A DNA stretch of 64,000 nucleotides, taken from positions 61,876,001-61,940,000 of the forward strand of contig NC_058377.1 in assembly GCF_018350175.1 (NCBI RefSeq), given 5' to 3'. Made by a program: the position numbers and the translations under genes. The notes under the pieces are model-generated. The model did no database searches. It was not told the DNA's origin and saw only the letters and a program-made list of their open reading frames with translations. Numbering within the stretch: the first letter of the stretch is position 1; each line of letters begins with the position of its first letter. This document shows, one piece after another, positions 22,497-34,739 of this stretch. The stretch comes from Felis catus (lineage: Eukaryota).

Positions 22497-23435
22497 ATGG
22501 GACTGTTCAATGTCACTCATCCTGCTTCCTTCCTCCTGACCGGCATCCCTGGTCTGGAGAGCTCTCACGCCTGGCTAGCAGGGCCCCTCTGTGTCATGTA
22601 TGCTGTGGCCCTCGGAGGCAACACTGTGATCCTGCAGGCCGTGCGAGTGGAGCCCAGCCTCCATGAGCCCATGTACTACTTCCTGTCCATGCTGTCCTTC
22701 AGTGACGTGGCCATGTCCATGGCCACACTGCCCACCGTGCTCAGAACCTTCTGCCTCAATGCCCGCAACATTGCCTTCGATGCCTGCCTGATTCAGATGT
22801 TTCTCATTCATTCCTTCTCCATGATGGAGTCGGGCATTCTGCTGGCCATGAGCTTTGATCGCTATGTGGCCATTTGTGATCCCTTGCACTATGCCGCCTT
22901 GCTCACCAATGAAGTCATTGCCGGAATAGGCATAGCTGTGGCTGCTCGGAGCTTCATCACCCTCTTTCCCCTTCTCTTCCTCTTCAAGAGGCTGCCTATC
23001 TGCAGATCCAATGTTCTTTCCCACTCCTACTGCCTTCACCCAGACATGATGAAGCTGGCCTGTGCTGATATCACTATCAACAGCATCTATGGACTCTTTG
23101 TTCTTGTATCCACCTTTGGCATGGACGTGTTTCTTATCTTCCTCTCCTATGTGCTCATTCTGCACTCGGTCATGGCCATCGCTTCCCGAGAGGAACGCCT
23201 GAAAGTTCTCAACACATGCATGTCACATATCTTGGCTGTACTTGTGTTTTACGTACCGATGATTGGGGTCTCCACAGTGCACCGCTTTGGGAAGCATGCC
23301 CCACGCTATGTACACGTCCTCATGTCCAATGTTTATCTCTTTGTACCTCCTGTGCTCAACCCTCTCATTTACAGCGCCAAGACAAAGGAGATCCGCCGAG
23401 CCATTGTCCGTATGTTTCGGTGCATGAAAACATGA
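22497..23435 (+). CDS. OR51I2: Class I olfactory receptor, OR51I2 copy B (312 aa, intact)
   Basis: ATG at 22497. Same motifs as copy A; 18 nucleotide and 10 amino-acid differences from copy A. Confidence 0.95.
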   Translation: MGLFNVTHPASFLLTGIPGLESSHAWLAGPLCVMYAVALGGNTVILQAVRVEPSLHEPMYYFLSMLSFSDVAMSMATLPTVLRTFCLNARNIAFDACLIQMFLIHSFSMMESGILLAMSFDRYVAICDPLHYAALLTNEVIAGIGIAVAARSFITLFPLLFLFKRLPICRSNVLSHSYCLHPDMMKLACADITINSIYGLFVLVSTFGMDVFLIFLSYVLILHSVMAIASREERLKVLNTCMSHILAVLVFYVPMIGVSTVHRFGKHAPRYVHVLMSNVYLFVPPVLNPLIYSAKTKEIRRAIVRMFRCMKT

Positions 23436-24616
23436 CTTTCATGCTTGCCTTTAATATCTGATGTTGACTGTAGCCATAAGTCTTCATCTGTAGTGTTATT
23501 GTCATCATCACCGTCATCATCTTCAATCACAAATAATAAAATAGATGTGTGTGGTGTGGGAAAAGTAAAAGATCAGAAAGTGGAGATAACACAAAAGAAA
23601 TGGTAGTACAATCAGCAAACCTCAGTGGCATTCATAGAGAGGTGAATGTTGGTGATTAGATAACATTTTCCTGAGGAAGATTGATGTAAGCTAGGAATCA
23701 TTTTTTATAACAGAGCTATTACCAATATTATAATAACTAATAAATTGAGTGTCATCACTAAAAGTGTCTGGTTCTATAAGAAATTGATGTGATTTAATGC
23801 ATTTAACCTTCATCACAATCTCATGAGGTGTAGAGAATTAAGTCAGTTTTTCAGAATAATATAGATGATAGGTGATTCAGATGAGACTCAGTTCTTGTAT
23901 ATCTCCACTCTGAGTGTCTAACCCCAACAAGGACCACCCTCTGTCGAGTTGGCCTCACTATTAACATTACCACTGTTATCCTTCCCTTCACCATCACTGT
24001 CACCTTGAACACTCATGAGTGCTTCAAAACACTCAAAGCACAAAGTGAAATTTGATGTATTGTCAGAACTTGCTATACGATGTATGACCCCAGAAAACTG
24101 AAAGAGGCTGACATCTAGAAGAAACTCCAGATTCTTCTCTGCTTCCTTCATCTGCTCACTAAACCATCCTCTCACAGGGAGGTTCAATATCTGAACCATA
24201 GACCTTTTTTCTTTTTGACATTGTACTAATAAAATGATTTTTCTTTGTCTTCCTTTCTTGGGATTTTAATTTTCTTCTACATAATGATGTGGTAACAGAT
24301 GTCAAAAATCATGTCTTTCTAGGATTTCTAGCTAAAAAGCCCTGGGAGAGGCAATAGAGAATTTATGACTTAGACACTAGAAAATAATTATTTTGCACAT
24401 TCCATTAGATCGGCTTTCCTGCATTCTCTTTCCTTGATACCAGGGAGGTAGGACACAATAAGAAATTCCTTGGCAGAATTAGAGTACTCTCAGATGAGGT
24501 TTGGGCTTACATCTAGACTAAGTTAAAGGAGATGCCCTATTGAGATCGACCTACACACAAGGGAAACTGGGCCAGATACCCCAGCACAGCTGAGCATAAA
24601 GTTATCTAGAGTTTTC

Positions 24617-24724
24617 TTTTTTTTAATATGAAATTTATTGTCAAATTGGTTTCCATACAACACCCAGTGCTCATCCCAACAGGCGCCCTTCTCAATACCC
24701 ATCACCCACCCTCCCCTCCCTCCC
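24617..24724 (-). mobile_element. 108-bp L1_Fc 3' stub, unit B only
   Basis: tttttttt-aatatgaaatttattgtcaaattggtttccatacaacacccagtgctcatccc..., the same 3' end as the L1s at 29.4 and 38.0 kb. Confidence 0.9.
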
Positions 24725-24933
24725 TAAGGGAATATGAAAGTGAAGTATCAGGTGCCAGAGGGAAGGAACTATTTCTGAATGGAAATGATATAAGCATTTG
24801 GGATTCTGGTTCCATAAGTGAAATAAGAGAATCATAATGTCAGTGCCCTTGTAACATCACTCAGCATGAGTTCAAATGGGAAATAATGAGTGAGACTATG
24901 GTTTTCAGTCAGTTTAAGTAATATATATATACA

Positions 24934-25045
24934 TTTTTCTTAAGTAGGCTCCACACCCCATGGAGGGCTTGAACTCATGACCCTGAGATCAAGACCTGAG
25001 CTGAGAACAAAAGTCAGATGCTTAGCTGAGCCACCCAGGCACCCC
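24934..25045 (-). mobile_element. Short CAN-SINE, unit B only
   Basis: SINE head and B-box region, no CT tract. Confidence 0.75.
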
Positions 25046-25682
25046 AATAATGACCTTTTTGATTCATACAAGAAGCACTGCATCAGTTAATAATAAGAGT
25101 AGTAATTTATTATGCCTTAAGAGTCAGATTAAATTATTATATAGGTGCAAAGGCAAGGGTTGGGGACCCTTCTATATATGAAAATGAGGAAAACGTTCTC
25201 TGATTCCAATCCCAGGGAGAAGAAGCAGACGACCTTTTCACTACAGGCCTAACATTGACAGCCAAGGGTAGAAAGAAGAAAGGACAAGGAGCACTGGAAT
25301 AGGAGCCTCCTATACGTGCCGCTGGCTCCTCTCCACTTTATTTCCTCCCTTCTTTCTTCATTTTCAGTTACCAATGTGGCTTGTTTACAGGGGATAAGGA
25401 AGAAACATTCCTATGTCTCTCCTCCTCTTATGAAGTACTTCGGAAGAACTTAGGGCCACTATTGTGTCTTCTGTCCCCAGAAGGTGGAGATTAAGCCCTG
25501 CTTTTTGCTAAAATGGAAACTTTCTCTTGTCTTTCTTTATTTAACAAGCTTTTCTTTAAACTCAACCTTTTTCCCTATTGACATGGGAAAATACCTGGAT
25601 TTGGCCAACTAAAAAGAGAAAAGAATATTTTACACTTCTTTTATTATATACCCCTTAGTTCTGCCTTAGAAAATTAGGCCAC

Positions 25683-25932
25683 GGGGCGCCTGGATGGCTC
25701 AGTAGGTTAAGCGTCTGACTTCGGCTCAGGTGTCGTGACCTCGCAGTCCATGGATTCGAGCCTCGCCTCGGGCTCTGTGCTGGCAGCTTGAAGCCTGGAG
25801 CCTGCTTCGATTCTGTGTCTCCCTCTCTTTCTGCTCCTCCCCCATTCACACTCTGTCTCTATCTTTCTCAAAAATGAATAAACATGAAAAAAGAAAACAA
25901 GTGTGAGTTAAAAAAAAAAAGAAAAAGAAAAA
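25683..25932 (+). mobile_element. Felid CAN-SINE, unit B only
   Basis: TSD agaaaattaggccac / agaaaattaggttac. Confidence 0.92.
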
Positions 25933-26900
25933 AGAAAATTAGGTTACCTAAGAAAACTACATACTGAACTTGGCTCAGCTAAGTTTGCAGGGGAACAATA
26001 CTGAGGTTTGTAGGGGAAAATGTCTGAGTAATAAAGGTCATGCTTTTGCATTGCCTGTCAGGGGTGCATAGTTCATCCTCCAGGGCCTGCATTGGGCGGG
26101 TCAATAAAGAGATGGAACTAGAACAAGACTTACAGTAGGGTAGGATTCCTGACCCCCGTGCCTCATAGTAAGACTCACAGTAAAATCGATACAACTAGAA
26201 TGTGATGCAGAATTGAGAAAACACACCTCCACGTTGTGTGGCCTTCCATGCAATTAATTTCTGTGTGAGCCCAGGAAGTGGGAGAACCTTCAGAAATGAG
26301 AGCAGGGTAGCAAAGGGCTATGACCAGGCCCCTGGGCATGGCTGACCATCAGCCCCACTTTCTCAGTCCCACTGAGGTTCACCCAACCTCCAGGAAGCCA
26401 TCTCCACACTTGATCAGTTCTGCTAGGATGGGACAGCTTTGCTGCTGCTGTTGTGATTCAGCAGGATGAGTAGCGCTCTTCCCCAGAATCAGGGGTACAG
26501 ACGATCTTTCTTCTGGGTTACGGTTCTCCCCAGCAAGGGCATTGCCTCGTCAGGAGAATATCCGACCCTCTTTTGTCAGCTGCACATATTTTCCCACCGT
26601 GCTGATGCAGGGTGGACTCAGGACCCTGCACCACTCTGTTTCATGTTCAGGAAAGAGGGGATCCATGTGTTGGTGGCTGTGCACTGAGCACAGGAATGCC
26701 CTCCAGACAGCTCAGTGGGGTGTGTGCCCTGAAGAGGGCTCAAGTTTCATAGAAACAACAAACAGGTCATGAAGTCAGCAGTCACTTTGTGAATTACTAT
26801 CTTCCCAACTTCAAACAAGTAATTGGGTCCCTGCTGAGCAATTACCCCGTGCAGGGGAAGAGGAGGACCTCTTATCAAGCAGCACCTGAACACGAATGTC

Positions 26901-27590
26901 TGTTGGGAAGGTCATGGAGAAGTCGTGACTGCTGGTTGACCCAAGAGCTGGACCCCAGCAGTGGGGGCTCCTCACCCCTGATGCTGTCCTTGGAATGTGC
27001 ATAGAGTTTGTCTTCCCTCTCCCTAACGCAGCCCCAAGGAAATGACCTTGAGATAGTCATGTCTTGTTGAAACCTTCTATAAAATATACATGACTGAGCC
27101 CAGGTAAAACCTCCATAGAAACTTAAATTTTTTTTCTTAATGTTTATTTAGTTTTGAGAGAAAGAGAGACAGACACAGAGAGAGCACAAGTGGAGGAGGG
27201 GCAGAGAGAGAGGGAGACACAGAATCCACAAAATCCAAAGCAGGCTCCAGGCTCTGAGCTGTCAGCACAGAGCCCAACACAGGGTTTGAACCCACGAACT
27301 GCGAAATCATGACCTGAGCTGAAGTCAGATGCTTAACTGACTGAGCCACCCAGGCGACCCCCTCTATATAAACTTTTAAGATTCTGGCAGCAGGTGTGAA
27401 GATGTACTGGCCTTGGGTCATCCAGGACAAACCTAGTATGTAAGTTTCCTTGTTAAATCTGCCACCTACAGATCTGGGGCGGCCTGCATCTTTCTCCGGG
27501 TTCTTCCTGTCCTCAGAATATGGGGGTCAGTTTCAAATAATACTTGGGAACCTCTAGAGGATCTTTCAAGCCAAAGTCAGAGGCCAACAG
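26901..27590 (+). mobile_element. Carnivore ERV1-type solo LTR (unit B) interrupted by a SINE
   Basis: First 103 bp are near-identical to the 12111 LTR; the remainder is a much more diverged match. Confidence 0.7.
27128..27361 (-). mobile_element. CAN-SINE nested in the unit B LTR
   Basis: TSD cctccatagaaactt / cctctatataaactt. Confidence 0.9.
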
Positions 27591-29443
27591 CTTGTTCAAT
27601 GGATTTGTCAGATTAGGTGTAGGTGTATGTGGTTTGTATTCATATTTCTCATATGAAGTGTTTTTATTCCTTTTTCTTTTCTGCTATTACCCGTGGAAAA
27701 CTTCTTTATCAAATATATGTAAGAAAATAAATAGAGGAGATACTTTATCTGTTAAATGATTATTTGATTTAGTCTGTTTTGTACATGTGTCCCTCAGGAG
27801 TCAGCTGACACCACCTAAACGTTGGCTATTTCGTTGAACTTTGCATAAGCCCCCAACATTCTTCACAAAGAAAGTATAGCCCCCAGCCAAAACTTATGAT
27901 ACATTTCTGGAGTCATGCATCACTCATCCAAAGCATGGATGTGTGGCAAGCTTTATGAAAAATTTAGATTATAAACAGATCTCAATTAATAGAAATGCAA
28001 CAGACAAAGCTGGTTATTGGACAATCTTGATCTTACAACATTTACGGCCAGTAATGGTGTTAATAAAAAAATTTTTTTCTCAATCTCCATTTTTCCTAGC
28101 ACAGATATTAGTCACTATCCTTTATTCAATCCTGAGTCTAAAAAAAGCACTTTTTTTTTAGTGGAGTGGATATAATTCTGGTGACACACTATTTTCCTTA
28201 CAATCTTTACTTCTGGTTTGCTTAAAAGAAACACAGCTCATTCCTTTATCCCTCCAAAAGTATTTATTGTGACTTACAACATGGGAGGCACCATATTCGT
28301 TTTAAGGGCTCCGTGATTATGAAATTTAGTCATTAGGGTCTGTGAGAGAAAACTGCCTGAAGGGAGATGGTAGGGTTATGAAAAAGTCTCGCAAGATGTG
28401 TTTACTAACTATTCCTTTTAAATACCCCCTTGCATAGCTAGGCCACATTGGGAATGACTGCAGTGTGACAGAGAACGTGAAACTGTAGTTAACGTTTATG
28501 AGAACTGTGCAGAGCAGCATGAAGCCTGGGAACCACAAGGCTATTTTTTAGGGCAAATATCCCATATTACAACCTGGGAGTAAGAAGCTTCCTGAATGGC
28601 TGTCTGTATTCTTACCCCAGAAGACAGTCTGTAAGCAACAGTGGCTCCGAGTCAACTTTAAATACTAGTCTTGGTGGTCAAGCATATTGTCCCTGACTGA
28701 GACAAAATCCTCTGTGAATATTAAACAGCTTAGAAGAGACAGAGTGTTAAGTGGCTTTTCTGTATTGGACATTTGACATGACATTGTATAAACTAAATCT
28801 ACGGTGGATTTTAACACAAAATTCTGGAGTCAGCAATTTCATAAACAAATCTTACATGAAATGTAGAAGCAAGTAAAATAAATCTGAAACTCAAAGAAAT
28901 TCCTGCGAAACATATATCCAAAACTTCATACGCCTGGGTTACAAACACTGGAATGGAAATAGCTCTCATTTCATTTATTCAGCAAGGATGGAGATTAATG
29001 ATTACATTCTATTACCATCCAACATTTAGCATCCAAATATGTGCAAGAACGTTTTTACAAATAATGTAGAAAAACAAGTTTACAGTTATTAGGGAGAAAG
29101 AAAGTTAAAAGACACATCTTAGGTATAAATTGGACAATTAATTGTACATGAGTTTTAAATCAATCCTGGTTTATTTTCAATACACTTTCTTAACTGTGTT
29201 AGCCTTCAAACCACACGAAATATTATAAACAGGTTTATAAATGTATCATTTATTTAGATATCAGATTAAATACTAACCTTACCAGTTTGAACACATGCAA
29301 TTTATGTCCAAAAGAAAAGTTTTCTTTTAACATACTGTTAATTAGTAACTTGATCAATATTTTTTAGGCAGCAGTAAAACATATACATACATACATGAAT
29401 AAATGTAAAGGATTTTTTCTATATTAATGAATTAAGAACTTTT

Positions 29444-30001
29444 TTTTTGTCTTTTAGTGAATATATTTTTTTTATTTTTAATTTTTTTTTATATATGAAA
29501 TTTATTGATAAATTGGTTTCCATACCACACCCAGTGCTCATCCCAAAAGGTGCCCTCCTCAATACCCATCACCCACCCTCTCCTCCCTCCCACCCCCCAT
29601 CAACCTTCAGTTTGTTCTCAGTTTTTAACAGTCTCTTATGCTTTGGCTCTCTCCCACTCTAACCTCTTTTTTTTTTTTCCTTCCCCTCCCCCATGGGTTC
29701 CTGTTAAGTTTCTCAGGATCCACATAAGAGTGAAACCATATGGTATCTGTCTTTCTCTGTATGGCTTATTTCACGTAGCATCACACTCTCCAGTTCCATC
29801 CACGTTGCTACAAAAGGCCATATTTCATTTTTTTTCTCATTGCCACGTAATATTCCATTGTGTATATAAATCACAATTTCTTTATCCACTCATCAGTTGA
29901 TGGACATTTAGGCTCTTTCCATAATTTGGCTATTGTTGAGAGTGCTGCTATGAACATTGGGGTACAAGTGGCCCTATGCATCAGTACTCCTGTAAATCTT
30001 G
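29444..30001 (-). mobile_element. 5'-truncated L1_Fc (~560 bp)
   Basis: L1_Fc 3' UTR. Perfect 16-bp TSD tgaattaagaactttt at 29428-43 and 30002-17. Confidence 0.95.
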
Positions 30002-30081
30002 TGAATTAAGAACTTTTAATTTTCTGCCTCCTCAGTATATTTTTCTTTAATTCACAGTCAGTATGCATAGGTCATATTTAC

Positions 30082-30140
30082 TGTGTGTGTGTGGGTGTGT
30101 GTGCGTGTGTGTGCGTGTGCGTGTGCGTGTGCGTGTGTGT
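30082..30140 (+). repeat. Compound (TG)/(TGCGTG)n microsatellite
   Basis: Direct read. Confidence 0.93.
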
Positions 30141-32711
30141 ACACCCCAGTGGTCCTTGTCCAACTAAGGATTGGCAGGTGAACAGTTCTAGAACAATGAA
30201 AGGGATTTCTCACTTTTTTGTGCAGTGATCCCTTACTTATTCAATGCTTAGCCCAGCACATTTATATTCAACTGGTGAGACACACACAAGAAAACATTCC
30301 TAGTGTCACATGCTCTTTGTTATCAGGAAGCAGTGCTTATCACTGCCCCCTCCCCAGTGCTCAGCACAGGTTAGTCATTCCATGCATGTTTGCTAAAGGA
30401 ATAAATAAGGCATCACTGAACAAAATGATGACAGAAATACTTTGTGTTACACCTAGCACTCACTCTGCCCCTTATTCTGTGACTTTTCAATTCTGTGGTT
30501 GGAGAACCTATGAAATACTGAAGTCAGCCACATGGTTTCTGATGTTCAGTTATAGATACCAAAGCATTAGGATATAAAAATAGTTTTAAAAGAAGAGGAA
30601 AGATTCCCATTGCAATTGTAAGCATGACTTTAAGGGCCGTGGGTTAATCTTTCTCCTTCCTTTCTTTTTCGCTCATATCTGTGTGGAGAGTTAGTTTATA
30701 TCCGACTTTTGGACCCATACATAGAGAAGGATGGTTTTCCAGGTGACTGGGAGGGGATGGCCAGTAGCTTTTCCAGCTTTGTGGCTCTCGGGCGCCGTCT
30801 ATTGTGCAAACAGCGCAAAGGAACACCGATTTTTGAGGCCACTTGTGTGTCTCAGAGCTAAGACTGTTTCCAGAAGATGTCTAGCTCCCTCCCTCTGTTC
30901 CAGCCCTAGAGCTCTCCAAACCTTCCTTCTAAGGGGTACACGCAGTTGAGAATTTTATTCTGTACTGTGGCGCTATCTTGCACCTGCTTCCTCTATAGCC
31001 TGCACCTGTCATCAGTACAGTCTTCCTTACTCAGTGATCTTTATCTGTTTATCTCTGGTTTCCTTAAGGCTGAGGTTAAAACCTCCTGGAAAAGCTTATT
31101 TGTTGAACATTTCTGAGATTATCAAATGCTTAGGAGCACCACAGCATTGCTTGATCCTCTCAGGTGCATGAGGACTTGGACCTTGTAAGGCTTATTCCCA
31201 GTTTCACCAGTCAATCTCAAGGTCACCCGCCCAGATTTCTGTTTAGGTTACCATCCTCTCCTGTTGGGGGTGAATGTTTGTGATGGGGGGGGGCATTTCT
31301 TGTTGGAATAAGTTTGGTTATTACCCTTCAATCCACTGCTCCCTACCAAATACTTTCTAACTTTGTGCTTTGGCTATAACTATCTTGTTCGAAGGTACTT
31401 GTCATTTCTCTGTCGTCTAATACTGTCGAAGATGTTATCTCTATATTTTTATTCTGTTTCATTTTTTGTAATGGATGGTGAATTTTGCATTCAGGTGGTG
31501 TTCAGAGAAGATTCAGATATATATTGTTGCTATGTTTAGGGCAATGTCATGTCACTCAGTCCTTATGGCTTTATTTTTTAAAAGTTATTTGATGATGATT
31601 TGAGAAAACAAATATGGAAACGGACGTTTCTTTAAAAAGTGTTAAGTTTCTGCCTCAGTGTCTGCCTCCTCCAGTCATCCAACAGAGCTGACATATGCCA
31701 TAGCCTGCCCTCTGTCCAGTGAAAGCTGCCGTGCTTGTGTTTACTTCTGTCAAGTGTTCACGTGCCCTATGTGGGTTGTGCTCTATGTGTTTTGCGTGAA
31801 TTTTCAGATGATTACTCTCTCCTCCTGGCTGTTACTCTACAGGGATTATGCTCTCTGAATGTCCTGATATTCTTCAGCTTCTCTACTTTACTCTACAGCT
31901 CTACTCTCGCATGTGCTGAAGTCTCTGGGCTGGGGTGCTCACTAAAGCCATGAAAGTCCATATTCCAGCAAATTGTGGGCCCAACTGCTGTTGCCTCTGA
32001 AGCAGACTCGCCCCACCATCAATCACTGGTATCTGTTAACCTTCCATTTAGAGTGCTAACCAGCTCTCTAGAAGAAAGTTAGTCATCCCCCAAGTCAAGT
32101 CCAAGGAATAGAAATATATGATTTTTTCCACAAATTTTTTCTCCTTGTTTTAACTTGTAAAGTTCAGGTGTAAACATTTGTATTGCATAGTCAGAATGTC
32201 AAGCATATAGGTTCCATTTTATAAGACTCATAAATAGTCTTATTTATTTCAAAAGTCAAAAGTTGGTCACAGTTATTGTGTGTCTTTAATTTTTAAAGTT
32301 TAAAGGTACTCAAAGTATTATTCCTTTAAAATGTATTAGGTGATACCTTTGATCTCAAGTAACAATCTTCAGTTATAGCATGGTTTACATAGGTGTTTGT
32401 CTGTTTTGAGATTTACTTGAAAGCATAGATGTAACTAGTTCATTGGGACAAATAAAAGAGTGTAATTGAAGACCCTCTTCCTTGTTAGATCTGAGAGAAG
32501 TCATCTGTGGCAACTTGTGACATAGTTAATTACAGCGTAAGGCAGTCCGATGTATTGAGTTAATGGGTTATACCCAGGCTGTCCCATACAACTAATAGCA
32601 GATACCGAGCAGAGGTACATTTACAGGAGGAGATTGAAACGCTCCAGGGCCAAAATCAGCAAGAACAACAAACTCCTAGGGTACTTAGGTTCCTGGAAGA
32701 TCTCTCCCTGA

Positions 32712-33656
32712 TCAAAGCGTAGGCTTAAAAAACATTTTGTGTAGCCTCTTACGAATTTCTTTAGTCTTAATGGAATAGATAATTGGGTTGAGCATTGGAG
32801 GCACAAAGAGATATACCAGGGACATTAACTTGTGCACATACTCAGGGGCATGCTTCCCAAATCGATGAACCATGGACACACTAACCATGGGTACATAGAA
32901 GATGAGCACAGCACAAATGTGTGACACACATGTATTGAGTGTCTTAAGCCTCTCCTCCTGGGAGGCAATGGCCAGTACAGAGCGCAGTATGAGCACATAG
33001 GAGAGGAGGATGAGCACTGAGTCTACACCAAAGGCGGAGATAACAATGAACAAGCCATACATGCTATTGATGGTGGTATCTCCACAGGGCAGGCGGATCA
33101 GGTCTGGGTGCAAACAGTAGGAATGGGTTAACACATTGGCCTTACAGAAAGGCAGCCTCTTCAGAAGGAATGGCAATGGAAAGACCATGCAGAAGCTGCG
33201 GATGATGATGGATATGCCCATGTGAGCCACACGGATATCAGTGAGCACTGAAGAATAACGCAAGGGGTTACAGATGGCCACATAGCGATCAAAACTCATG
33301 GCCAGCAGGATCCCAGATTCTGTCCAGGAGAAAAGGTGGATGAAGAACATCTGGGTCAAGCAGGCGTCGAAGGCAGTCTCCGGGGCATGAAAGCACAAGG
33401 CAGCCAGTACGGTGGGCAATGTAGAAAAGGACACGCCCAGGTCATTGACAGACAACAGAGACAGGAAGTAGTACATAGGCTGGTGCAAGCTCTGCTCCTC
33501 CTTTATGATGAAGAGAATTAGGATGTTACCCAGGATGGAGACAGCATAAAGCAGCAAGAGGAGGGCCGCTAACCAGTGCTGTAGGCCCTCCATCTCTGGG
33601 AAGCCTGTTAGTGTGAAGCTGGTGGTGCTAGAGGTATTAGTCCCAAAACTTCCCAT
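32712..33656 (-). CDS. Class I olfactory receptor, OR51 family (314 aa, MGSFGTNTSS...)
   Basis: ATG at 33656. Motifs LHQPMYYFLS, MSFDRYVAICNPLRY, HSYCLHPD, KTLNTCVSH, PPMLNPIIYS; N-glycan NTS. Position just beyond OR51I2 suggests the OR51A10/Olfr642-like group, but this is tentative. The track start at 33734 is GTG. Confidence 0.93.
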   Translation of the reverse strand: MGSFGTNTSSTTSFTLTGFPEMEGLQHWLAALLLLLYAVSILGNILILFIIKEEQSLHQPMYYFLSLLSVNDLGVSFSTLPTVLAALCFHAPETAFDACLTQMFFIHLFSWTESGILLAMSFDRYVAICNPLRYSSVLTDIRVAHMGISIIIRSFCMVFPLPFLLKRLPFCKANVLTHSYCLHPDLIRLPCGDTTINSMYGLFIVISAFGVDSVLILLSYVLILRSVLAIASQEERLKTLNTCVSHICAVLIFYVPMVSVSMVHRFGKHAPEYVHKLMSLVYLFVPPMLNPIIYSIKTKEIRKRLHKMFFKPTL

Positions 33657-34317
33657 GAGGATCCCTGAGTGGCTTTTGGGGAAAGAGAACCAGAGCAAAG
33701 TGAGGTCAGAAAGTGGAAGATCAGGAGTGGTCACTGTCCTCAGGATGGAAGGGGCAATGATACTTAGAGTCCATGACAGTTAGATCATGAAAGGGTCAGG
33801 AAGGAACAGGTAAGAGGTTGTTAGTTATATTTCGCAACTTCTATAGTCTTACCATATCCACAGATGGGTCATGGGCTCCAAATCCGTCTCCACAGATACC
33901 CTTTGACTCTTTTTTGAGGGTCAGATATTATCCCTTGTTCTTGTTGTCTCTGTGTGTTCTTTACAGAAAGAATCAAATCTTTTTCCATTAGTGGAAAGTG
34001 ATTTTACCCTTTATTCCTACCAGTTCTTAGCTACCACCTTCTTCAAGAAGTGAGGTACGGGATATCTTCCTTAACCCTCCTGGCTTACTGATTCATTCAT
34101 TCTTGTGAACGGGATGACATCTCCATCTATACTCTGCACTGTTTCTCCTCTCTTACCTGCACTCAGCCATCACTCCAGCTCTTTCCTCATCCTCTCTTTG
34201 TTGCTTGAGCCCCTCACTTATTTGTCAAGGGTCCAGAATCTCTGATTCCTCCACAGCTGCTTGCTTTAGATTGTCCTCTCCTGCATGTTCACATTTTTTC
34301 TTCTCTGTTTAGATGAA

Positions 34318-34485
34318 GCATTCTCAAACTGTACTGCATGTTAGATTCATGTGAGGAGGTTTAAAAAGCTCCTTTGTCTGGGTCACACTCTTATCAATTA
34401 AATCAGAATCTCTGTCAGTGGGTCTCAAAAATATTTTTTTTATTTCCCAGGTAAATGTGATAGGCAGCCAAGTGTGAAAATCAGG
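34318..34485. mobile_element. MER5-like DNA element
   Basis: ttctcaaact...attaaatcagaatctctg...ttcccaggt...gcagccaagtgtgaaaatcagg. Confidence 0.55.
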
Positions 34486-34739
34486 GGCTTAGATCACTCC
34501 CATAAGCTTCAGCTATGTCCTACCTTACACCAACTTCTTTGTTGAGGAACAATTTCATGATCTACTGTCATGAGAAATAAACAAACAATAATCTTCTATA
34601 ACCATTCACTTCTTTTTTCTCATTCATAATTAAAATTTTCAAAATTATTTTCTATTTATAATGTGCTTCTTTGTCTCTTCTCTGTACATCAATGATCCCA
34701 AATTTATGTAGCTCAGATTTCTCTTCTAGTTGTAGACAC

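Larger units (their letters stand above)
13420..27620 (+). repeat. Tandem segmental duplication, unit B
   Basis: Direct-orientation paralog of 1-12550, offset 13.4-15.4 kb depending on indels. Similarity is lost just past the LTR near 27.6 kb. Confidence 0.93.

Noticed and set aside
31658-31953. Possible OR pseudogene from hydrophobic short ORFs
   Set aside because: No LHxPMY, DRY, HxxC, KAxxTC or PxxNP remnants were found in the frames examined.
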